From IMG/VR virus record IMGVR_UViG_3300019458_000005, positions 1 to 64,000 of that record: a DNA stretch of 64,000 nt; one strand, given 5' to 3'. This DNA comes from a virus. The position numbers were made by a program, and so were the translations under genes. The notes under the pieces were generated by a model, which saw only the letters and a list, made by a program, of their open reading frames with translations, ran no database searches and had not been told where the DNA came from. Positions 24,951 to 31,662 of the stretch are shown one piece after another; the stretch's first letter is position 1, and the number at the start of each line of letters is the position of its first letter.

Positions 24951-24966
24951 GCAGCAAGTTTTTCAG
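24951..24966 (-). promoter_or_regulatory. promoter-like box CTGAAAAACT-N3-TGC (copy 3)
   Basis: Minus-strand CTGAAAAACTTGCTGC, about 45-55 nt upstream of the GTG at 24907. Confidence 0.45.
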
Positions 24967-24987
24967 TAGATCTATCTGATTCTCGCG

Positions 24988-25395
24988 TTAGCGCCCGTCG
25001 CCAATTGGCTTTGCGTCCGTCTCAGGCCGTCCCCCGAGGAGCTCCTCGAGCGCCTCCGCGTAGGTGATCCAGTCACGCAGCGCGCGGAGGAGCGCCTGAT
25101 CGTCTCCGGGCTGCAGAATCACACAACCGCGTTGGACCATCGAGCGCCGCTCGAGCGGCTGGCCGTCGAGCAGACCTTGCTCGAGCAGCTCGGCCGAGCG
25201 CCACTCGACGGCCTGACCGTTCTCGAGCCAGCGTCTGGGGACGTCGCGCCAGAGCGTGATCTTGTGCAGCAGCTCAGCTCGGGGGTCCTCCGGCCTCCAC
25301 GCCGGGAGCTGCGCCTCCGCTCGCGTCTCCGAGCAGCAGCCGCCGAGCGTCGGCAGCAGCATCAGGATCCCCGCCCACAGCCCGCGCTTGCGCAT
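24988..25395 (-). CDS. lipoprotein; o-spanin-like
   Basis: MRKRGLWAGILMLLPTLGGC has a signal peptide plus a lipobox (L-G-G-C). The start lies inside the 3' part of the preceding TM/coiled-coil gene in another frame (overlapped Rz/Rz1-type layout). It is longer than typical o-spanins. Confidence 0.45.
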   Translation of the reverse strand: MRKRGLWAGILMLLPTLGGCCSETRAEAQLPAWRPEDPRAELLHKITLWRDVPRRWLENGQAVEWRSAELLEQGLLDGQPLERRSMVQRGCVILQPGDDQALLRALRDWITYAEALEELLGGRPETDAKPIGDGR

Positions 25396-25618
25396 CGGCC
25401 ACCTTCTTGTCGTTTTCGAGCAGTTCCGCGACCTTGCCTCCGGCGCTCCGCTCACGTTCGAGCGTGCGTTCTAGTAGCGCGACTCGGTCGCGCGCGTCCG
25501 TCAGCTGCGAGACCAGGAGCGTGACCTCTGCCGCTCGCAGTCCCCAGCCTATGGCGCAGCCGATGCCCAGCAGCACAAGCACGACTGCGGCTCCGACTGC
25601 GAGCGACGTGAGGTCCAT
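25274..25618 (-). CDS. N-terminal TM plus coiled-coil protein; i-spanin-like
   Basis: SLAVGAAVVLVLLGIGCAIGW transmembrane helix followed by a coiled coil (LVSQLTDARDRVALLERTLERE..). Confidence 0.45.
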   Translation of the reverse strand: MDLTSLAVGAAVVLVLLGIGCAIGWGLRAAEVTLLVSQLTDARDRVALLERTLERERSAGGKVAELLENDKKVADAQARAVGGDPDAAADARRLLLGDASGGAAPGVEAGGPPS

Positions 25619-25839
25619 CAGTCAGCCTCCATCTCATCATCGATCCAGGTCAGTCTGAGTGCGCCTTCGACCGTGGACGGGGGTCGCACGTAGCCCGGCA
25701 GCGTCTCGGTCTTGAGCTGGGCCTCGGCGCGCTTGAACACGTGTTCCTTGGCGGCTCGACGAGCCTCCATGTAGTCCATGGGGCCGTCGAGCTCGATCTC
25801 GCCGCCCAGGACGATGTCGAACGACCAGCGCCGCTTCAC
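25618..25839 (-). CDS. hypothetical protein (73 aa)
   Basis: ORF track. GTGA-coupled start and TGATG-coupled stop. Confidence 0.5.
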   Translation of the reverse strand: MKRRWSFDIVLGGEIELDGPMDYMEARRAAKEHVFKRAEAQLKTETLPGYVRPPSTVEGALRLTWIDDEMEAD

Positions 25840-26213
25840 TTGGGCGTGCCCTTGGCCAGCCCGGCGTCGGTCACGATCTTGTGCAGGCCTTCCTCAGCAC
25901 CGGCGCGCACGGCCGCGACCTGGATCTCGGCCTTGTCGTTCTTGGTGGCCCAGGTCTCGATCCAGGTCGCGATGAACTTCGCGCCCTTCTCGATGAGCAC
26001 GTTCTGTGCGGTGGCTTCGCGCTTGGCGCGGTTCTCAAGGAACGCGACTACGAAGGCCAGGACGGCCAACCCGATCGGCACGAGCTGGATTTTCCAGTCG
26101 AGCTCGGCGGCCTGTCCGGAAGCGGACATGGTGGTCACCGCAGACACATCCTGCGCGACCGCCTGTATGACCAGAATCAGGAACAGAGCGATCAGGAACC
26201 CGAACAGGCGCAT
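25836..26213 (-). CDS. two-helix membrane protein; holin candidate
   Basis: Hydrophobic segments FGFLIALFLILVIQAVA and LVPIGLAVLAFVVAFL. AAGGAGGAG upstream of ATG 26213. First gene of the leftward arm. Confidence 0.4.
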   Translation of the reverse strand: MRLFGFLIALFLILVIQAVAQDVSAVTTMSASGQAAELDWKIQLVPIGLAVLAFVVAFLENRAKREATAQNVLIEKGAKFIATWIETWATKNDKAEIQVAAVRAGAEEGLHKIVTDAGLAKGTPK

Positions 26214-26282
26214 GTCTCCTCCTTAGATAGACACGCGAGCCGCAGCGCCTCTCCAGGCGGCCGCTACCTCTCGGTGACCTAA

Positions 26283-26296
26283 CGTGGTATACCACG
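26283..26296. promoter_or_regulatory. perfect 14-bp palindrome CGTGGTATACCACG (operator-like) in the divergent switch region
   Basis: Read directly from the sequence. It ends 3 nt before the GTG of the first rightward gene (26300). Confidence 0.5.
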
Positions 26297-26299
26297 CAG

Positions 26300-26815
26300 G
26301 TGCCCCCCAAGCGCATCGAGCTCGACCTCAGGCCTGGCGTCGTCGGGGCCGGGCGCTATGTGATCTGTCCCGCGAGCGAGCATCTGCACGAAGAGGCGCT
26401 CGCGTGCGAGGTCTACCCCAGCTCGAACAAGCAGGTCCCGACCGCTCAGTGCGACTGCGAGACCCGGATCTGGGTCTCGCGCCGCGCGAGCATCGATCAG
26501 CTGCTGAAGTTCGAGGACCTGGCCGGGAGCTTCGACCTGGTCCAGCGCCGCCCTAAGCTCGAGCCGCTCGTGGCCGAGAACAAGGACGAAGCGCGCTATG
26601 TGATCTGCCCCCACTCGGGGCGGATGCACCCCACGGTTCACGCGCTCCTGGTCAAGGAGACAGTGGCCAAGCAGCGGAACGGCAAGACCAGGCCGTGCTT
26701 CTACGCCTACTGCGCCAGCTGTTCGAGCCGCTCATTCCTGGGCCCGCGTTGGAAGCGCGGCTTCGGTTTCTCACTCGAGATGGCGATCGCTCGCAACATG
26801 AGCGTCGCCGGTTAG
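26300..26815 (+). CDS. hypothetical Cys-rich protein (171 aa)
   Basis: ORF track. Internal repeat (G)RYVICP(A/H)S. First gene of the rightward arm. Confidence 0.55.
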   Translation: MPPKRIELDLRPGVVGAGRYVICPASEHLHEEALACEVYPSSNKQVPTAQCDCETRIWVSRRASIDQLLKFEDLAGSFDLVQRRPKLEPLVAENKDEARYVICPHSGRMHPTVHALLVKETVAKQRNGKTRPCFYAYCASCSSRSFLGPRWKRGFGFSLEMAIARNMSVAG

Positions 26816-26823
26816 GAGACCAC

Positions 26824-28407
26824 ATGACCGCCCCTGTCCCGGAGAACGGCAAGTCCGCCACCCACACCGACGAGGAGCTCCCGCGCGCAGAGGTCGCCGT
26901 CGAGGTCCAGGCCCCCAAGAAGATCGGCGGCAAGAAGCGGCGCGCGGCTCCCACGCCCGGAGAGGACGCCCCAGAGCTCGCCGCGGCCGCCGGGGGCTCC
27001 AACTCGCTCGACCTCCTCGCGGCCGAGGAGTCGAACACGATCAAGGTCGAGCGCATGAAGCCCTCCAAGGAGGGCGGCTCGACCCAGACCGGCTCCTGCG
27101 GAGAGATCGACGCCCAGGGCGAGGACCTCTCCAGGGCCATCGAGCGCGAGTGGGGCGGCGGCGAGTACCGCGTGACCGGGTTCCTCTCCGACGGGCGCCC
27201 GGCCACGAAGACGCTGCGCATTCCTGGTCCGTCGCGCTCGCTCACGGAGGACGACCCGTCGATGGACGAGTACGAGGTGCCTACCCAGCGCTACTCGCGC
27301 AGCGCGCCCTACGAGCACTCGCCCTACGGGCCTCCGGGCTACCAGGCGCCTCCGGGGCCGTACATGCCCCCGCAGGCAGGACCTCCGTCCAGGCCCGACT
27401 GGTACAACACCGCTTTCAACCCGAACAGCCGGGTCGAGTTGGACGCGCTCAAGGACCGCCTCACGCAGCTTCAGCGCGACTACGACCAGGAGAAGATGGC
27501 TCACGCTGCGACCCGGGGGCAGCTCGAGGCGGCCCGCGAGCAAGCGCGCAGCGAGGCCACCAAGCGCGAGATGGAGGCGCGGTTCGGGCCGATCACCGCG
27601 CAGCTCGAGGCGCTCCGCTCCGGCCTCGGACGTTCGGGCGGCAACGAGGCCCAACAGATGTTCATGCAGCTCATCCAGCACGCGCAGACTCAGAGCTCGG
27701 CCCAGGCCGAGCGCGAGAACGCGGCTCGTCGTGCGGAGGCCGAGAACTTCCGGGCCATGATGCAGCAACAGGTCTCCCTGCTCTCGAAGGGTCACATCGA
27801 CCCGACCCAGATGATGGCCAACATGATGACGGCCATGCAGCCGATCATCGCGGCCACCCGCGCCCCCACAGCCGACCCGATGGAGATGCTCGAGCGGCTC
27901 GACCGCATGCGCTCCGGTCGCTCGGACGAGGACGACGACCCGGAGGAGCCGCCCCACCCGGCCGTGGCCTTCGCGCAGGCCGCGCTCGAGGCCGTCCAGA
28001 CCTGGAGGGCGCAGAACCAGCTTCCGGCCGCCAACCCACCGCAGGCCTTGCCGGGTCCCGCCCCGCAGGCCCAGTCCCAGGGGGACGACATGACCGACGA
28101 GCTCAAGTGGCTCGCGCTGATCAAGGAGGTCAGCACCTACATCACGGCCGGCGATTCGCCGCACACGGCCGCTCACAAGCTGGCGGCCTGGGCCAACGGC
28201 ACCCAGAGCGTGGGCCACGTCCAGAAGGTGATGGTCATGCCCATCGCCGACCTGGCGCAGCTGCTCGAGAGCAAGGCCGGCGAGGTCAAGATGTCCTTCC
28301 TGCCCGAGATCAAGAAGGAGCTCGAGACCTTCGCGCGGATCCTCCGCGACCCGGGCGGTGCGCAGTGGGTCCAGCAGATGGTCTCCACGCTCAAGACCGG
28401 CAAGTAG
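26824..28407 (+). CDS. hypothetical protein (527 aa), Pro-rich linker plus coiled coil
   Basis: ATG 26824 with AGGAGA 4 nt upstream. PYGPPGYQAPPGPYMPPQAGPP segment, then long helical Gln/Ala/Arg-rich regions. Confidence 0.65.
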   Translation: MTAPVPENGKSATHTDEELPRAEVAVEVQAPKKIGGKKRRAAPTPGEDAPELAAAAGGSNSLDLLAAEESNTIKVERMKPSKEGGSTQTGSCGEIDAQGEDLSRAIEREWGGGEYRVTGFLSDGRPATKTLRIPGPSRSLTEDDPSMDEYEVPTQRYSRSAPYEHSPYGPPGYQAPPGPYMPPQAGPPSRPDWYNTAFNPNSRVELDALKDRLTQLQRDYDQEKMAHAATRGQLEAAREQARSEATKREMEARFGPITAQLEALRSGLGRSGGNEAQQMFMQLIQHAQTQSSAQAERENAARRAEAENFRAMMQQQVSLLSKGHIDPTQMMANMMTAMQPIIAATRAPTADPMEMLERLDRMRSGRSDEDDDPEEPPHPAVAFAQAALEAVQTWRAQNQLPAANPPQALPGPAPQAQSQGDDMTDELKWLALIKEVSTYITAGDSPHTAAHKLAAWANGTQSVGHVQKVMVMPIADLAQLLESKAGEVKMSFLPEIKKELETFARILRDPGGAQWVQQMVSTLKTGK

Positions 28408-28413
28408 GCCAGC

Positions 28414-28689
28414 GTGCCAGCCCGCCACATGCCGGAGGAGGAGTTCGCGAAGCTGTCCGACGGACAGAAGCTCGAGCTCCTGCTCCGCAGCTACGCGGGC
28501 GCGTTCGCGCGGATCATCCAGCTGCTCGAGCAACAGAACGAGCTGCTCGAGCAGCTGGCGGTCGACAAGAATGGCCGGGCGCCCGTGCGGCGACGCAGGG
28601 CGTCCGAGCAGCCTGAGCTGTCTCCACAAGAAGAGATGGCTGAGCGCGCGTTTCGGACCATCTTTCATGGATTCTTCCCAGGCAGGTAG
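28414..28689 (+). CDS. hypothetical protein (91 aa)
   Basis: ORF track, GTG start. Confidence 0.5.
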   Translation: MPARHMPEEEFAKLSDGQKLELLLRSYAGAFARIIQLLEQQNELLEQLAVDKNGRAPVRRRRASEQPELSPQEEMAERAFRTIFHGFFPGR

Positions 28690-28694
28690 GTCCT

Positions 28695-28877
28695 GTGCCC
28701 GAGCACTACGAGTTCCCGGCCGATATCTTGGACACGCGTCCGACCATCACCGAGATCCTCTACAACGCCGGTCGGAAGACGGTCACGTTACTCTCGTGCG
28801 GCCACCGCGCCGTGCTCGAGCGTGCAGACACCAGGACCGGAGACCGGGTGCGTTGCGCCAAGTGCGAGCACCTGTGA
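28695..28877 (+). CDS. hypothetical protein (60 aa), zinc-ribbon-like
   Basis: ORF track. SCGH..CAKCEH. Confidence 0.45.
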   Translation: MPEHYEFPADILDTRPTITEILYNAGRKTVTLLSCGHRAVLERADTRTGDRVRCAKCEHL

Positions 28878-29086
28878 CCAAGGCCAAGCGTCGAGCCATC
28901 GCGAGCAAGCGCGCTCTCAACGCTGACCTGCATGTCACCAGCGAGCGTGTAGGACTCAGCAGGAGCTGGACCACGCGCGGAGGGTGGTGGTTCAAGTCCG
29001 GGCTCATGAAGTCTGGGCGTGTCTACTACAGAAGGCACGGAGCCAGCTGGGCAACCGGGATCTGGAGAGGATTCAGGAACCTGTGA
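28874..29086 (+). CDS. basic hypothetical protein (70 aa)
   Basis: GTG 28874 forms a GTGA overlap with the upstream stop. Confidence 0.4.
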   Translation: MTKAKRRAIASKRALNADLHVTSERVGLSRSWTTRGGWWFKSGLMKSGRVYYRRHGASWATGIWRGFRNL

Positions 29087-29253
29087 GCTGCCGCATCAAG
29101 GACTGGGTTCGCCAAGAGCTCGACGAACCCACTGAGCTCGAGTGCCCTGAGAAGCCCGACGAGTCGGTAGACGGCCACGAGCTCTGCAAGACCCACGCGT
29201 TCGCGGTCCGCGCCTTCGCCCGGAGCTGGGAGCCTGCTACGCTGCCGGCATGA
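29083..29253 (+). CDS. hypothetical protein (56 aa)
   Basis: GTG 29083 forms a GTGA overlap. The stop overlaps the next ATG (ATGA). Confidence 0.4.
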   Translation: MSCRIKDWVRQELDEPTELECPEKPDESVDGHELCKTHAFAVRAFARSWEPATLPA

Positions 29254-30890
29254 CCCAGCCTCGCCCAGTCGTCGCAGCGGCCATGCGTTCGATCTACGCG
29301 CCTCCAGCCACAGCTCACAGCATGGGAGACTTCTTTGACCCGCCGCTCGAGGGGTTGCCCTCGCACCGCCGCAAGGGCGGAGGCGAGGCCGCGCCAGGGT
29401 TCGACTACCGCTGGATCGGCGACAAGGACGTCGGCACCGCCGCCACGATCGACGTGATGAAGAAACTGGCGGTCGACGGGAGCACGCACCCAGGGATCAT
29501 CGCGGCCGCGCAGCGAGTCACGCGTCGCCTCCCTAGCAAGGACTACGAGGCCGAGCTGCGCGCGCTGTTCGAGCTCGTGCGGGAGAACGTGCGCTACAAC
29601 CTCGACCCGCGCGCGATGGAGATGGTCCAACATCCGGCTTACACGATGTTCGTGAGCGGAGTCGGGGACTGCTTCGTGGCCGGGACGCAGGTCCTGCTCA
29701 AGGACGGATACCGCACGATCCCGATCGAGGAGGTGCGAGCTGGGGATCAGATCTGGGGAAAGGACCGCTGGTCTCGCGTCGAGAGGTCCTGGTCCAAGGG
29801 ACGCCTGAGGACCTGGCTCGTTCGGCTGAACAACGGGTCGACCATGCGCCTGACTCCAGACCACAAGGTCTACGTGCTCGATCCTGATTCCGGAGAGGAG
29901 TCGAGGATCACGCTTCGTGAGCTCAGGCCTGGCATGCTGCTCACTCAGCCGGAATCTGTGGCTACCGGGACCGGCGAACAGGACCCGGACATGGCCTACC
30001 TGGACGGGGTCTACCTGTCGGATGGATGGGCCGAGCAGAGCCGGTTCGCGATCTCAGGCAAGGACGGGCACCCGAAAGAGGAACAGAAGCGTAGGGTGCA
30101 GGGGATCTGCTCCCACCGTGGGATCCGTACCAGGTGGGCCAAGAAGTACATCTCGATCCTAGATCGTGATCTCGCCCAGCGCATGCTGAGTATGGGCAGT
30201 AGGGCCTTCAACAAGAAGGCGCTCACAATTGACCTCGAACCGCTCGCCTCCACGCAGCTCCTGTCCGGGATCATGGCCGACTCTGGGCGGAACACTTCCA
30301 GAAAGGAGGCTGAGCTACTAGCTTCGGATCAAAACCTCACAGGCAGGACGTTCACGACCACGTCCTACGCTTTGGCTCTCCAGGTGAGAATTCTCCTCAA
30401 ACAGCAGGGAATCAGCTGCGGAGAGAGCTACGTGCCTGACCATGGAGGCGAGGGTACGCATCCGATCTGGCGACTCCAAACGAGACTTCGTGAGCATGAG
30501 ACCAAAACGCATGTCAAGCGGCTCAAGGTGGTCGAGATCATTCGCGACAACGACCCGCGCGAGTGTTTCGACATCTCCACGGACGACCACTACGTGTGGT
30601 TGCCGCAGGCCGACTGGACGGTCTCGAACTGCGACGATAGCGCGGTCCTCCTGGCCGCCCTCTCGATGGCCGCCGGACACGGCGCGCTCTACCGCACGAT
30701 CCGCACCGACCCGCGTCGCATGGACGAGTTCAGTCACGTCTACCCGCTCCTGGGCTACCGCAACAAGGACGGCGCGTTCTGGTTCTCAAGCGACGTAACC
30801 CACCCGCGCCCCGAAGACGCGCGCTGGGGCTGGGAGGCCCCGCAGGAGGTCCGCTACGGCACGGCCGACTGGATGGTCGCGGGGGTCTAG
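29250..30890 (+). CDS. transglutaminase-like cysteine protease interrupted by an intein
   Basis: The extein reads ..YTMFVSGVGD|CDDSAVLLAALSMAAGHG..FSHVYP..FWFSSDVTHP (Cys-His-Asp transglutaminase-core pattern) once residues 141-460 are removed. Confidence 0.7.
   Translation: MTQPRPVVAAAMRSIYAPPATAHSMGDFFDPPLEGLPSHRRKGGGEAAPGFDYRWIGDKDVGTAATIDVMKKLAVDGSTHPGIIAAAQRVTRRLPSKDYEAELRALFELVRENVRYNLDPRAMEMVQHPAYTMFVSGVGDCFVAGTQVLLKDGYRTIPIEEVRAGDQIWGKDRWSRVERSWSKGRLRTWLVRLNNGSTMRLTPDHKVYVLDPDSGEESRITLRELRPGMLLTQPESVATGTGEQDPDMAYLDGVYLSDGWAEQSRFAISGKDGHPKEEQKRRVQGICSHRGIRTRWAKKYISILDRDLAQRMLSMGSRAFNKKALTIDLEPLASTQLLSGIMADSGRNTSRKEAELLASDQNLTGRTFTTTSYALALQVRILLKQQGISCGESYVPDHGGEGTHPIWRLQTRLREHETKTHVKRLKVVEIIRDNDPRECFDISTDDHYVWLPQADWTVSNCDDSAVLLAALSMAAGHGALYRTIRTDPRRMDEFSHVYPLLGYRNKDGAFWFSSDVTHPRPEDARWGWEAPQEVRYGTADWMVAGV
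29670..30629 (+). mobile_element. intein (320 aa) with LAGLIDADG homing-endonuclease domain
   Basis: Starts CFVAGTQVLLKDG. Block B is LTPDHKV. LAGLIDADG-like motifs YLDGVYLSDGW and LLSGIMADSG. Ends DHYVWLPQADWTVSN followed by the +1 Cys. The central part has lower G+C. Confidence 0.75.
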
Positions 30891-31078
30891 GACTGGTTCT
30901 GCGTAAAAACCACTCAACTCCCGCTCGTCAAGCCTCTTCTGGTTCGTCTTGAGCTGCAGCGCACCCGCTGGTAACTTGCACCGCACTGTCCGGTAACCGC
31001 ACTGCGCGCTTTGCCGCGCTCGCGTTGCCGGGTACGTGACGCAGACTCGCAGCAGCAGCAACAGCAGAGAGGACACCG

Positions 31079-31660
31079 GTGCAAGACGTCATCCAAGTGG
31101 TCGTCGTCAGGAACGCGTGGACGGGCGCCAAGGTCAAGGTCGAGCGGCAGGAGCTGTCCGACACTCCGACTTGGATGGACGGCGGAAGCGAGGGTCAGCG
31201 GCAGCCTCCGGCCGGCTTCTCGCTCCCACCCAAGGTGCAGAACACCGTCGAGGTGCTCGAGAACCTCGATCAGGTGCGCGCTTGGCTCAATTCCAGCGCG
31301 TTCGACATGTCCGAGCCAGACACCGTGAGCCGCTCTCCATCTCTGGTCGAGGTGGAAATGCGCACCTACCCCGGCGCCGAAGCAGTACTGCAGGTGCGGC
31401 GCATGAACGGCTCCTCGGCGTACGTGGTCACCGTGCAGCGACTGCGGGTCACGCTCAAGCCGTCGAAGGACCAGCCGCCAGCGAACATCGTGACCCTCAT
31501 TGCCGGGGCGCTTCACGACCGAGGGATTGTGGATCCTACGGCGATGGCTCCTGAGAGCTACGCCTTCAGCTCGCACAAGGCGATGCTCGAGTTCTGCGTC
31601 GACTGGCTGAAGCAGTGCATGCCAGCCATCCACCAGCACTCCAACCGGGCGGAGGACTAG
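31079..31660 (+). CDS. hypothetical protein (193 aa)
   Basis: ORF track. GTG start with AGAGGA upstream. Confidence 0.55.
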   Translation: MQDVIQVVVVRNAWTGAKVKVERQELSDTPTWMDGGSEGQRQPPAGFSLPPKVQNTVEVLENLDQVRAWLNSSAFDMSEPDTVSRSPSLVEVEMRTYPGAEAVLQVRRMNGSSAYVVTVQRLRVTLKPSKDQPPANIVTLIAGALHDRGIVDPTAMAPESYAFSSHKAMLEFCVDWLKQCMPAIHQHSNRAED

Positions 31661-31662
31661 CC

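Noticed and set aside
24988-25455. The 155-aa version of the lipoprotein ORF starting at 25455.
   Set aside because: The first 20 residues (MSGAPEARSRNCSKTTRRWP) precede a typical signal peptide plus lipobox that begins at the internal Met (25395). The shorter form is the plausible product.
28960-29010. A tRNA-like T-loop sequence, GGTTCAAGTCC.
   Set aside because: The flanking bases give only a 3-bp T-stem. No acceptor, D or anticodon arms can be drawn. It lies inside a coupled coding string.
31047-31064. A CAG/CAA trinucleotide run (cagcagcagcaacagcag) in the 30891-31078 gap.
   Set aside because: It is short (6 units), single-copy and non-coding. I saw nothing linking it to a function beyond being part of the 5' leader of the next gene.
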